From: Holophagales bacterium
GTDB taxonomy: Bacteria > Acidobacteriota > Thermoanaerobaculia > Multivoradales > JAGPDF01
Direction: 5' to 3'
Assembly (NCBI GenBank): GCA_016699405.1
Contig: CP064972.1
Location: 2,696,165 to 2,760,164, forward strand
DNA length: 64,000 nucleotides
Shown here: piece after piece, positions 53,069 to 62,633 of the stretch
Position numbering within the stretch: the stretch's first letter is position 1
Layout: every line of letters starts with the position of its first letter
The notes under the pieces: generated by a model
Databases searched by the model: none
What the model saw: the letters and a program-made list of their open reading frames with translations, nothing else
What the model was told of the DNA's origin: nothing
Translations under genes and position numbers: made by a program

Positions 53069-53710
53069 TCAGGTCAACCGCCGCCACCCTTCGAGCGCCG
53101 AGAACAGCGCCACGACGAGCAGCAGCAAGCCGACGCCGCGTCCGGCCAGGGCGAGTGCGTGCGGCCGTTCGGTGAGCCAGCGACGCGCGCGCGTCGCGGC
53201 GAGGACGACCACGCCGTAGACGACGAGCTGCGTCGCCACGATCACCCCGCCGAGCGCCGCGGCCTGGAGCGGCACCGCCCCCCATTCAGCGCGCACGAAC
53301 TGCGGAAAGACCGCCAGCATGAAGACGTAGGCCTTCGGATTGAGCAGGTTCGTCAACACGCCACGGCGATAGGCCGTCGGCAGAGCGACCGCCGCCGCGC
53401 TCGTGCCGCGGGTGTCGAACAGCGCCCCGTGGCGCACCATGGCCATCCCGATCCAGGCGACGTAGGCCGCGCCACCGACGAGCAGCGCGTTGAACAACCC
53501 CGGCAGGACGAGGAGGATGGCGGCGATCCCCATCCCCCCGATCGCGACGTGAGCCATCGCCGCCGTCACGATGCCGCCGAGCGACGCGAGCCCGGCGCGC
53601 CTCCCGCCTCCCAGCGTGCACGCCAGGACGCAGGCCATGTCGAGCCCGGGAAGGAGAACGATGCCGAAGACCAAGAGGAAGAAGACCCAGAGGTGCGCCG
53701 CGGGGACCAT
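53069..53710 (-). CDS. LysE/RhtB-family amino-acid exporter
   Basis: About 213 aa from MVPAAHLWVFFLLVFGIVLLPGLDMA (the LysE N-terminal PGxD motif), with six TM helices. Confidence 0.75.
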   Translation of the reverse strand: MVPAAHLWVFFLLVFGIVLLPGLDMACVLACTLGGGRRAGLASLGGIVTAAMAHVAIGGMGIAAILLVLPGLFNALLVGGAAYVAWIGMAMVRHGALFDTRGTSAAAVALPTAYRRGVLTNLLNPKAYVFMLAVFPQFVRAEWGAVPLQAAALGGVIVATQLVVYGVVVLAATRARRWLTERPHALALAGRGVGLLLLVVALFSALEGWRRLT

Positions 53711-53723
53711 CGGTGCGCTCCGC

Positions 53724-54302
53724 TCAACGGGCTCGCCGAGCCCAATCCATGACCCAGTTTTCTTTCCAGGTCTTGCCGTCGTCGGACGAGGTGGCCTGAT
53801 ACCAGCGGCACGAGATCGGCGTGATCCGGTCCCAGCAGCCGCGAACGAGGATCGGCTTGCCGTTGGCGTCGGTGTCGTCGCCATCCCAGGTCCCGACCCC
53901 ATCGGTGAAGCTGCCCCAGGCCGGCTCGGCGCCGAGGACGCCGCTGCGGCGGTTCACCCAGTAGTCGCCCCAGAGCTTCCGCTGGACATCGAGCAGGCGA
54001 AGGCCCATGCCGCTGAAGTCGCGCTCGGGAATCCGCAGCTCCTCGACGCTCGCCATGCCGCCGAGCAGCCCGATGACGGTCGCCTCGCCGCGAAAGCGGT
54101 CCCAGCGGCCGTCCTTCCATTGACGATGTTCGATCGTCCACTCGCCGGTGAGGAAGTCGAAGTCGCCGGGCTTGCCGGAGGCGGCCGGCGGAACGGCGGC
54201 CTCCCGGGCGGTGGTCGTCATGCCGAGCGTGCCGGCGACCGTCAGGCCAGCGGCGATCTGCAGGAGGCTCCTGCGCGCGAGCTCCGAAACGTCGATTCCC
54301 AT
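53724..54302 (-). CDS. Tat-signal secreted protein of unknown function (DUF1579-like size and composition)
   Basis: RRSLLQIAAGLTVAG twin-arginine motif. Trp-rich mature domain (GEWTIEHRQWKDGRWDRFRG...WYQATSSDDGKTWKENWVMDW). Confidence 0.55.
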   Translation of the reverse strand: MGIDVSELARRSLLQIAAGLTVAGTLGMTTTAREAAVPPAASGKPGDFDFLTGEWTIEHRQWKDGRWDRFRGEATVIGLLGGMASVEELRIPERDFSGMGLRLLDVQRKLWGDYWVNRRSGVLGAEPAWGSFTDGVGTWDGDDTDANGKPILVRGCWDRITPISCRWYQATSSDDGKTWKENWVMDWARRAR

Positions 54303-54413
54303 GGGTTCTCCCGTTGCGTGGTCATCGCGGGTCGATTCCCGCCGACGCCTTCTGGGGAGACGCTAGGGCCGCTAGCGGACGTTTTCCGCCCTAATCGTTG
54401 ATACCCTCGCGGC

Positions 54414-55391
54414 ATGAGCTCGTCGACTCGCCGAACGCTCGCGGTGCTCGAGCTGCTGCAAGCGCACGGGCTACTGTCGGGCAGAGAGATCGCCCGCCGC
54501 CTCGGCGTCGATCCCCGCTCGGTGCGGCGCTACGTCGTCGCGCTCGAGGAGATGGGGATCCCGGTCACCGCCGAGCGCGGCGCCGGGGGCGGCTACGCGC
54601 TGGTGGCCGGCTTCAAGCTCCCGCCGATGCTCTTCACCGACGACGAAGCGCTGGCGCTCTCGCTGGGTCTCCTCGCGGCGAGCGCTCTCGGTCTCGGAGC
54701 CGCGGCGGCCGGCCTTGCCAGCGCTCGCGCGAAGCTCGAGCGGGTGATGCCGGCCGACCTGAAGCGCCGGCTGCGCGCCGCCGACGAGACGATGCAACTC
54801 GATCTGCCGGCAGGGGGCCCACCGGCGGCGGGCCATGTCCTGGCGACGCTCTCCGCCGCCGCCCAGGCGCAGCGGACGGTGCGCCTGGTCTACACCGCGG
54901 CCGATCGGAGTCGCACCGCACGCGATCTCGATCCCTACGGCCTCGCCTTCCGCGGTGGCTGCTGGTACGTCGTCGGCCACTGCCATCTGCGCCGGGCGAG
55001 TCGCACCTTCCGCGTCGACCGCATCGCCACCGTCACCCGCACCGCGCGCACCTTCGAACGCCCGAGAGAGTTCGACACTCTCAAGGCGATCTCCACCGCC
55101 ATCGCCACGCTGCCGCGAGCGCACCGTGCGGAGGTCCTCCTCGAGACCGATCTTGCGACCGCGAGAGCGCAGATCGCCGCGACGCTCGGCACCCTCGAGC
55201 CGGTCGAAGGCGGCGTGCTCCTCTCCTCGCAGACCGACGACCTCGCCTGGCTCGCCCGCGAGCTCGCCCGGCTGCCCTTCACCTTCCGACCCAAGGCCCC
55301 GCCCGAGCTCCGCGCCGTGCTGCTGCGCCACCTTCGCGCCATCCGGCGCGCGGTGCTCGCCGAAGAGGCGGAGTCTCCCTCCGCGTCGTAG
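54414..55391 (+). CDS. YafY-family transcriptional regulator (HTH, WYL and WCX domains)
   Basis: N-terminal HTH (RTLAVLELLQAHGLLSGREIARRLGVDPRSVRRYV). WYL core (LDPYGLAFRGGCWYVVGHCHLRRASRTFRVDRI). Confidence 0.8.
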   Translation: MSSSTRRTLAVLELLQAHGLLSGREIARRLGVDPRSVRRYVVALEEMGIPVTAERGAGGGYALVAGFKLPPMLFTDDEALALSLGLLAASALGLGAAAAGLASARAKLERVMPADLKRRLRAADETMQLDLPAGGPPAAGHVLATLSAAAQAQRTVRLVYTAADRSRTARDLDPYGLAFRGGCWYVVGHCHLRRASRTFRVDRIATVTRTARTFERPREFDTLKAISTAIATLPRAHRAEVLLETDLATARAQIAATLGTLEPVEGGVLLSSQTDDLAWLARELARLPFTFRPKAPPELRAVLLRHLRAIRRAVLAEEAESPSAS

Positions 55392-55689
55392 CGATCTGCT
55401 CGCTGCCGTATCGGGCGTGCATGGAGTCGATGTCGTCGGCGTCGCTAGTGGTGAGGCCGAGGTCGCGCTCGTGGCCGGTGAACCTGGCCCGGACGTCGTC
55501 CTGGTTGAGGGAGGTGGCCTCCTTGCCGGTGACGAGGCCGCTGCGGACGGGTGTTTCTCGCCGGTAGGCGATCCGTGACAGGTCCTTGTTCGGTTTGAGC
55601 CTCGAACGGTAGCGAGTGAGAAGAGGGGCGGCGGGAATGGCCGGCGACCCGGACCTACCTGATCGGGTGTTTTGCTGATCCCCGTCCAC
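55392..55689 (-). pseudogene. Truncated tyrosine-recombinase (phage-integrase/XerC-like) N-terminal fragment
   Basis: LSRIAYRRETPVRSGLVTGKEATSLNQDDVRARF resembles the Xer/integrase core-binding domain (LSxNTLxAYRRDL...DDL). The reading frame runs into the 3' end of yafY without a catalytic domain. Local GC is lower. Confidence 0.25.
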
Positions 55690-55741
55690 GGCAGTACAGT
55701 TCGAGTCACGACCTGTCTCCTTCAGCCGAGGAGGAGCGCGT

Positions 55742-58700
55742 ATGGATCATGCGTCCGCACCGCCGGCGAGGGTTCTCGCCGCCTTTTCACTCGCCTTCCT
55801 TGCCGTCGTCGCGCCGGGATCGCCCGTGGCTCTTGCCGAGGCCGTCCCGTCGGGCTCGACCGCCTTGGCTGCTGGGCCTGCCCCGGAGAGCGAACCGCCG
55901 GCCGGAGCCTCGGGCGAGGCCGTGGCCCTGCGGCAACAGATCACCGACCTGCGCCGGGAGCTCTGGCAGCTCGAGGAGACGCTGGCATTGACGCCGTTCG
56001 AGGTGGGGGAGACGGTGACCGGCGCCGAGTCGCGGCGAGCGGAGATCGGGCGGGTGCTGGAGAGCCTGAGGGCTCGGGTGGGAACGGTTCAAGGAGCCGC
56101 TCCCGACGCCGTGATGGAGGAGCTCCTGCGGGCGAGTGGAGAGAGCGAGTCGTTGCGGGCACGGATCGAGCGGCGGACGGCGCGGCGCAACGCGGTCGGA
56201 CCGCAGTTGCCGTACTCCCCGCAGCGTGAGCCGGGTGATCTCGAGATCGTCCCGACCTCGACGCACACCACCTGCGAGACCGCGCTCGAGCCCGGCTCGA
56301 CCCGTGTGCGGGGGATCGTGCGGCCGGAGGTCTGGTTCCGGGTGCCGGTACCAAGAGCGATGAGGGTGACGTTCCGGTCCGAAGCGCTGGCCGGGGAATT
56401 GGCTCTCTCGTTGCATGATCGCTGCGGAACGGAGCCGCGCTTGGCCTCGGGCGCGCCGCGTCGCTCCGCGTTCCTCACGACGGCCGTCGTGAAGGGTGAC
56501 ATCTGGGTTCGTGTCAAAGGACGGTCGACGACCGATCGTCGGCACGAGACGTTCTCGTTCGAGGTCGTTTTCGCATCGGGAGCGATCTCGGGTCGAGTGA
56601 CCCGCGCCGACGATGGTTCGGGTGTGCAGGTTCGGGTGGTTGCGGTGCCGGTCGACAGCTCGAGCCAGCGTGTCGCTCTCACGACGGAGAATGGCGAGTT
56701 CCTGATCTCCGGCCTCGCGCCCGGGTCGTACCTGCTGTCTCTCCGCGACACCGGCGTCCTGGTTCCGGAGCTGTGGAACGACCATCCCTGCGCCGGCGGA
56801 CCGCCGGTCGGATGTTCGCTGAGCGCCGCGAATCCGGTCGTTGTCAATGACTCTGCGACCACGATGGGCGTCGACTTCCAACTCGAGGTGGGTGGGAGGA
56901 TCGGCGGGCGGGTGTTGCTCCGACCCGAAGCGACGCCACCCACGTCTTCGGCCCTCGTGAAAGTGATGAGCTCGGCGGGGCAACTGGTCGGCTCCGCGGC
57001 GACGGATTCGTTCGGGCGCTATCAACTCTCCGGTCTGCAGGGTGACTACCGCGTGGTGGCTTCGGCTTCCGGCCGGGAGACGCAGATCTTCGATCACGGG
57101 ACCTGCGCCGGGACCTGCATCCCGTCGAGCGGCGCTCCGGTCGTGGTCGGGCCGGGTGTCGACCGAAGCGATGTCGACTTCGACCTGAGCCCCCTCGGTT
57201 CGATTGCCGGCAAGCTCACGAGCACGACGGGTGAGCCGATCGCCAACGGCTACGTCTCCGCGAAGATGATGGGTGATCCGAACAACTCGAGGTACACGAA
57301 CTCGGACGCCAATGGCCGGTACGTGGTCACTCAGTTGCAGCCCGGGAACTATGTGGTCTCGGCGAGTCCCAGCTACTACGAGGCGAAAGTGTGGGGCGGT
57401 GACACCTGCACTTACACGGCCGACTGCTTCACGCAGTGCAACGATGCTTCCGCAACTCCGGTGACCGCGGCGGTCGGTGTGACGACTTCGGGAATCGACT
57501 TCACGCTGCGGCCATTCCCCTCGATCAGCGGCCTGGTGACGAAGGAGGAAGACGGGGCGCCGCTGCCGGGAGTCATCGTACGCAACACCATCCCCGGATT
57601 CTGTCTTTCGACGTGGGACGAGTCGGACGGGGCCGGAACCTACCGACTCGAATCGGCCCAGCCGCGGGAGCACAGGCTCTTTTCCTCCAACGCCCTCGGG
57701 CGCATCGACGAGGTCTACGACGGGTTCTCGTGCGGAATCGATGGCTGCTCGTGGTATTCCGGCCCCTACACGCCGGTGCCAGTCACGCTCGACGGGCCGA
57801 TCGATGGAATCAACTTTGCCCTCTCTCGAGGTGCCTCGATCCAGGGCGTCGTTCGCGACGTTCAGGGGCAAGGAGCAGTTCTCTGTCCGAACGGTGGCGT
57901 TGAGCTCTATTCGGGCACCGGAATGTGGCTCCGGGGAACCTGTCCAGCCGCGGACGGTAGCTATCACTGGGACGGTCTCCCCGCGGGGACCTACTTCGTC
58001 GAGGCCTCGGGCACCGCTTTCGTCGATGAACGGTTTGACGGCGTCCCCTGCGAGGGCGGTTGCGACGGGGGAACCCCGCTCGAGCTCGCCCTCGGCGAGC
58101 AGAGGGGCGGCATCGACTTGACGCTCGACCGCTACGGCCGCATCTTCGGCACCGTACAAGTGCAGGCCGAGCCGAATACGCTCTGTGAGGGACCGACTGC
58201 GGAAGTCGATCTGTGGGACAGCGGCGGGAATCTGCTGCAGACGGTGAACACGGACGGTTTGGGTCGCTATGACCTCAGGGTTCCGACCTCCTTTCCCGTG
58301 CATGTGACGGCACTTGCCTCCCACTGCGAGCGAAGCCTGTACCCGGGCATCAACTGCCCGGGGCAAGTCGGAGTCGATTGCCTTCTTTCGCCGGGGTCTC
58401 GGCTCACGGCGAAGCTGAACGTCGACCTGACAGGGGTCGATTTCACACTGCGACCGGCACCGGGCCTGCGCGGGCGGGTTCTCTCCGATCCCGATGGAGC
58501 TCCGTTGCCCGGTGTCGTCGTCGACCTCTTCGACGCCACCAGCCACGCGCACGTATGGGCCAAGCAGAGCGAAGCCGACGGGAGCTTCCGCATGGACTTC
58601 CTCTGGTCAGGGAGAACGTTCCACCTCGCCACCGACAATGGAGCAGGTGCCGTCGACGAGCTCTGGCAGGACATCCCGTGCCCGAACGGCCCAGCACGGC

Positions 58701-58855
58701 TCGGCCTTTGTGATCTCGGCCTCGCGACGCCGATTCGGCTCCGGGAGTACGAGATCGTCGAAGGCCTCGACTTCGTCCTCTCCCCCTGGCCGGTGTTCAA
58801 GAACGGATTCGAGACCGGGTCGTTTGTCGGCTGGGGTGGGATCAGATCGAACTGA
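55742..58855 (+). CDS. Giant secreted multi-repeat protein (signal peptide, coiled coil, conserved Cys module, ~8 carboxypeptidase-regulatory/Cna-B-like beta-sandwich repeats, C-terminal GFE tag)
   Basis: Signal peptide VLAAFSLAFLAVVAPGSPVALA. Coiled coil LRQQITDLRRELWQLEETLALTP. Module TSTHTTCETALEPGSTRVRGIVRPEVWFRV. Repeats of the GxVxxxxDGAPLPGVxV type. Ends in WPVFKNGFETGSFVGWGGIRSN. GAGGAGGA RBS. Confidence 0.8.
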   Translation: MDHASAPPARVLAAFSLAFLAVVAPGSPVALAEAVPSGSTALAAGPAPESEPPAGASGEAVALRQQITDLRRELWQLEETLALTPFEVGETVTGAESRRAEIGRVLESLRARVGTVQGAAPDAVMEELLRASGESESLRARIERRTARRNAVGPQLPYSPQREPGDLEIVPTSTHTTCETALEPGSTRVRGIVRPEVWFRVPVPRAMRVTFRSEALAGELALSLHDRCGTEPRLASGAPRRSAFLTTAVVKGDIWVRVKGRSTTDRRHETFSFEVVFASGAISGRVTRADDGSGVQVRVVAVPVDSSSQRVALTTENGEFLISGLAPGSYLLSLRDTGVLVPELWNDHPCAGGPPVGCSLSAANPVVVNDSATTMGVDFQLEVGGRIGGRVLLRPEATPPTSSALVKVMSSAGQLVGSAATDSFGRYQLSGLQGDYRVVASASGRETQIFDHGTCAGTCIPSSGAPVVVGPGVDRSDVDFDLSPLGSIAGKLTSTTGEPIANGYVSAKMMGDPNNSRYTNSDANGRYVVTQLQPGNYVVSASPSYYEAKVWGGDTCTYTADCFTQCNDASATPVTAAVGVTTSGIDFTLRPFPSISGLVTKEEDGAPLPGVIVRNTIPGFCLSTWDESDGAGTYRLESAQPREHRLFSSNALGRIDEVYDGFSCGIDGCSWYSGPYTPVPVTLDGPIDGINFALSRGASIQGVVRDVQGQGAVLCPNGGVELYSGTGMWLRGTCPAADGSYHWDGLPAGTYFVEASGTAFVDERFDGVPCEGGCDGGTPLELALGEQRGGIDLTLDRYGRIFGTVQVQAEPNTLCEGPTAEVDLWDSGGNLLQTVNTDGLGRYDLRVPTSFPVHVTALASHCERSLYPGINCPGQVGVDCLLSPGSRLTAKLNVDLTGVDFTLRPAPGLRGRVLSDPDGAPLPGVVVDLFDATSHAHVWAKQSEADGSFRMDFLWSGRTFHLATDNGAGAVDELWQDIPCPNGPARLGLCDLGLATPIRLREYEIVEGLDFVLSPWPVFKNGFETGSFVGWGGIRSN

Positions 58856-58884
58856 GTGCAGACGCGAGCGAGATTCCTCTGGAG

Positions 58885-61800
58885 ATGGACATGAACCCTC
58901 GCCCACACTTCCTGCGACGACTCCTTCGAGTGGTCGTCTGCTGGGCCGGTCTCGTTTCGAGTGCCGGCATGTCCTCGGCCGTGGCCGGACCTGCAGCGCC
59001 GAGCGTGGCCGAGCGCGAGAGCCTGCGTCAGCAAACAACCGAGCTGCGCCGGGAGCTCTGGCACCTCGAGGAGATGCTGGCGCTGACACCGCTCGAGGTG
59101 GGGGAGGCGATCACCGGCGCGGAAGCGCGGCGCGCCGAGATCGAGCGGGCGCTGCGGGGCTTGGCGACTCGCCTCGGAACGAGGTCCGGTATCGCGCCGG
59201 ATGCCGCGAGCGAGGAGCTGCTTCGCGCGCGTGGCGAGCTCGACTCGCTGCAGGCGCGAATCGAGCGGCGGGCGGCGCGGCGAAGCGAGGTCGGACCGCA
59301 GTTGCCGTCCGCTCCGACGCGCGAGCCCGGCGATCTCGAGATCGTCGCCACCTCGACGCACACCACCTGCGAGACCGCGCTCGAGCTCGGCTCGACCCGC
59401 GTCCGCGGGATCGTGCGGCCGGAGGTCTGGTTTCGAGTGAGGGTTCCGAAAGCGACGAACGTGGCGATTCGCGCCGAGGCGCTTGACGAAAGCGTGAGCG
59501 TCACCACCTTCAGCCGCTGCGGAGGAGAAGCACTCGCTTCGTCCGGGTCACCTCTCCAGAACGTACTGTTCACAACTTCAGCCGGGTATGGCGACCTGTG
59601 GATTCGGCTCGCTTCGCGGTCGCAGGGCTCGAGGCGACACAACACCTTCACGATCGATGCGGCGCTCGATGTCGGCTCGATTTCAGGTCGGGTGACGAGA
59701 GCCGACAACGGGGTCGGGGTCTCGACCCAGGTTCAGGCCTATGTCGAGGCCGGCTGGAGCTACCGGACCACCTACTCGAATGAAGATGGTCAGTATTCGA
59801 TTCCAGATTTGCCGCCGGGTTCTTACCGAGTCGTCGTCCCGTACGGGGGCGACCTCGTGGGGGAGCTCTTCGACAATCACCACTGTGCGGGCGGTCCACC
59901 GTTCGGTTGCAGCGTAGCCTCGGGTGACCCGGTCGTAGTGCAGGATTCGACGACGACGCCGGGAATCGATTTCCAACTCGTCGTCGGAGGACACATCGTC
60001 GGGCGAGTGCGGTTGGTCCCGGAAGGGACTCCGCCTGACTCCGCCACCGTGCGGATCCTCACGCCAGGTGGGCAAGACGTGGCGTACGACCTCATCGATC
60101 CGTTTGGTCGCTACGCCATCTCCGGGCTCCAGGGCGAGTACCGTGCCATCGCCGGTGCATCCGGGCGGGAAGGCCAAGTTTACGATCACGTCACTTGTGT
60201 CGGACCTTGCTCGGCTGAGCTCGGAACACCGATCGTCGTCGGTCCGGGAGATGACCGCACGGATGTCGACTTCGACCTGCCTCGGCTCGGAGCGATTGCT
60301 GGCCAGGTTCTCGACTCGTTGGGCAGCCCGATCCCAGGGGCGACTGTCGGCGCCTATGCGGTCAGCACGGGCGGATTCATCGCGTCCGCGACATCGTCAG
60401 CGGATGGTGCCTACCTCATCGAGAGCTTGCCGGCCGGCCTGTACACGGTCACGGCTCGGCCGATGCATCATGAGGCGAAGATCTGGGGAGGCGCAACCTG
60501 CACCTACTCGGAATCGTGCTTTCTCGAGTGTTCCGCAGGGACGCCCGTGTCGGTGTCTCCGCTCCTGACGACGGCGGACGTGGACTTCTCGCTGCGACCG
60601 TTCCAGTCGATCGGAGGCTCGGTTCGCCGAGAAGAGAACGGAGCGCCGCTCGCTGGCGTCATCGTCGCCAACGGGAATGGCTTCTACTGCCAGAGCACGT
60701 GGGGCGAATCGAATGTCGCGGGAGAGTATCGACTGGAGGCGGTGCCCCCGCAGGGGCATCGTTTGCGCACTTCGAACTCGCTCGGCCGCGTCGACGAGGT
60801 GTACGACGGATTCAACTGCGGCCCGAACGGCTGCAGCTCGACCGGGCTGCCGTTTACTTCCGTCCCTGTGAACCTCGACGCTCCCACGGAGGGAATCGAT
60901 TTCTCGCTGGCCCTCGGAGCCTCGATTCATGGCTTCGTCCGCGATTCTCAGGGGCAGGGCGTTTCGGTCTGTGGTCTCGGCGGAGCAGTCCGGCTGCTGT
61001 GGAACGGCGGCGCGCCCCTCGACGACACCTGCAGTGGAGCAGACGGGGCCTTCACCTTCGACACGCTTGCCGCGGGAAGTTACCTCGTCGAAGTCCATGC
61101 GCCCAGCTACAACAGCGAACGGTGGGACAATGTGCCGTGTCAGGCATTCTGTACGGGCGGAACTCCCATCTCCATCGCCCAAGGGGAAGAGCGACACGGC
61201 ATCGACGTTGCTCTCGATCACGCGGGATGGATTCGCGGCACGGCTCTCTCCGGTGACTCGGCGCGACGTTGCTGGTCCAGTGCTTCCATCGCGGCGATGG
61301 ACGCAGGAGGGGCCGTCGTTGCTAGTGGCTACGCTCGCGACGACGGGAGCTTCTTGCTCACCGTGCCGAGCGCGGCTCCGGTTTACGTAACGGCCACAGC
61401 GGGCGGCTGTGAGCGCAGTCTCTTCCCGGGTCTGAACTGTCCCGGCCAGATCGGTGTCGACTGTCTCCTCGCTAGCGGCACGCCGATCTCGGTCGGCTTG
61501 AACCAGGTGGCGGAGAATGTCAACTTCTCACTGCGAGCGGCGCCGAGTCTGAGGGGGCGAGTGCTCCAAGGCCCGGATGGACGACCTGCGCCGGGGGTCG
61601 TAGTCGACGCCTTCCTTGCAGCCGACCACACGAGCGCCGGCTCCGTTCAGTCTGGAGCAGACGGAAGCTACCTGCTCTTGGCCGGCGCTCCGGGAACGGG
61701 CCTCCTGGTCGCGACCGACAACGGCGTCGGCGCCGTCGACGAGCTCTGGCAGAACGTACCCTGTCCGAACGGTCCCGCCTGGCTCGGCCTCTGTGACCTC

Positions 61801-61938
61801 AATCTCGCGACGCCGATTCCGCTGCGGGAGTACGAGGTCGTCACCGGCATCGACTTCGTCCTCTCCGGCTGGCCGGTGTTCAAGAACGGGTTCGAGAACG
61901 GGTCGCTCGTCGGGTGGGGCGGGAGCGTCTCGAATTGA
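58885..61938 (+). CDS. Paralog of the preceding giant secreted multi-repeat protein
   Basis: Same architecture. About 70-80% identity over the N-terminal 180 aa (LRQQTTELRRELWHLEEMLALTP...TSTHTTCETALELGSTRVRGIVRPEVWFRV) and over the C-terminus (WPVFKNGFENGSLVGWGGSVSN). Confidence 0.8.
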   Translation: MDMNPRPHFLRRLLRVVVCWAGLVSSAGMSSAVAGPAAPSVAERESLRQQTTELRRELWHLEEMLALTPLEVGEAITGAEARRAEIERALRGLATRLGTRSGIAPDAASEELLRARGELDSLQARIERRAARRSEVGPQLPSAPTREPGDLEIVATSTHTTCETALELGSTRVRGIVRPEVWFRVRVPKATNVAIRAEALDESVSVTTFSRCGGEALASSGSPLQNVLFTTSAGYGDLWIRLASRSQGSRRHNTFTIDAALDVGSISGRVTRADNGVGVSTQVQAYVEAGWSYRTTYSNEDGQYSIPDLPPGSYRVVVPYGGDLVGELFDNHHCAGGPPFGCSVASGDPVVVQDSTTTPGIDFQLVVGGHIVGRVRLVPEGTPPDSATVRILTPGGQDVAYDLIDPFGRYAISGLQGEYRAIAGASGREGQVYDHVTCVGPCSAELGTPIVVGPGDDRTDVDFDLPRLGAIAGQVLDSLGSPIPGATVGAYAVSTGGFIASATSSADGAYLIESLPAGLYTVTARPMHHEAKIWGGATCTYSESCFLECSAGTPVSVSPLLTTADVDFSLRPFQSIGGSVRREENGAPLAGVIVANGNGFYCQSTWGESNVAGEYRLEAVPPQGHRLRTSNSLGRVDEVYDGFNCGPNGCSSTGLPFTSVPVNLDAPTEGIDFSLALGASIHGFVRDSQGQGVSVCGLGGAVRLLWNGGAPLDDTCSGADGAFTFDTLAAGSYLVEVHAPSYNSERWDNVPCQAFCTGGTPISIAQGEERHGIDVALDHAGWIRGTALSGDSARRCWSSASIAAMDAGGAVVASGYARDDGSFLLTVPSAAPVYVTATAGGCERSLFPGLNCPGQIGVDCLLASGTPISVGLNQVAENVNFSLRAAPSLRGRVLQGPDGRPAPGVVVDAFLAADHTSAGSVQSGADGSYLLLAGAPGTGLLVATDNGVGAVDELWQNVPCPNGPAWLGLCDLNLATPIPLREYEVVTGIDFVLSGWPVFKNGFENGSLVGWGGSVSN

Positions 61939-61993
61939 GGCGAGCGTAGGGGTGAGGCTCGGGCCGCCCGATCCGGGCGGCCCCCGGAGGCCT

Positions 61994-62602
61994 TCAGTAC
62001 TTCACACTGCAACCGTACGGCTTGGTGCTCACCGGGTCGACTGGCTTCCCGGCGGCGAGCGCGGCGAGGGCCTGCTCGACGTAGTTGACCTTCGCTCCGC
62101 CGGACTGGGCGCTGTCGATGGCGCCGGCGTAGGCGAGCTTGCCGCTCTTGTCGACGACGAACATGTGCGGGGTGGTCTTCGCGCCGTAGGCCTGGCCGGT
62201 GGCGCCGCTCGGGTCGTAGAGCGCCGGGTAGGTGATGCCGTGCTCGGCGTTGAACTTCTTGTAGGCGTCGGGCTGCAAGAAGTCGCGGTGGCTGGCGTTC
62301 GTCGAGTTGATCGCCAGGAAGACGACGTCGGGGTGCGCGGCGGCGAGGCTCACGACCGTCTTCTCCTCGGAGTGCTTGCGCGAGAACGGACAGTTCGGGT
62401 TGTTCCACTCGAGGACGACCGTCTTGCCGCGGAACTGCGCGAGGGAGACCTCCTTCCCGTCGAGGTCCTTGAGCTTGAAGTCGGGCGCCGGGTCGCCCAC
62501 GGCGACGGCGAAGAGCGGTGTGGCGGCGAGCAGCGAGGTGAGGAGCAGGGCGACGGCGAAGGTCGCGGGGGCAAGGGCACGGGCACGGGCACGGTGTCGC
62601 AT
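61994..62602 (-). CDS. Secreted thioredoxin-fold (redoxin/TlpA-like) protein with a non-canonical CPFS active-site motif
   Basis: Signal peptide ALAPATFAVALLLTSLLAATPLFA. KTVVLEWNNPNCPFSRKH sits where redoxins carry WCxxC. A second Cys lies near the C-terminus (YGCSVKY). GGAGGA RBS. Confidence 0.65.
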   Translation of the reverse strand: MRHRARARALAPATFAVALLLTSLLAATPLFAVAVGDPAPDFKLKDLDGKEVSLAQFRGKTVVLEWNNPNCPFSRKHSEEKTVVSLAAAHPDVVFLAINSTNASHRDFLQPDAYKKFNAEHGITYPALYDPSGATGQAYGAKTTPHMFVVDKSGKLAYAGAIDSAQSGGAKVNYVEQALAALAAGKPVDPVSTKPYGCSVKY

Positions 62603-62633
62603 CGGGATCCTCCGGTCGTGGGTCTTGTCTCTT

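Noticed and set aside
53566-54401. Overlapping ORFs 53566..54141(-) and 53571..54401(+)
   Set aside because: They overlap the LysE exporter and the Tat-secreted protein genes, which have clear TM or signal-peptide features. The alternatives are compositionally biased nonsense.
54471-58552. ORFs 54471..55709(-), 55787..58552(-), 58267..59361(-)
   Set aside because: Antisense to yafY and the giant repeat protein genes. Only the short 55392..55689 part outside yafY showed any family resemblance, to an integrase N-terminus, and it is reported separately as a pseudogene.
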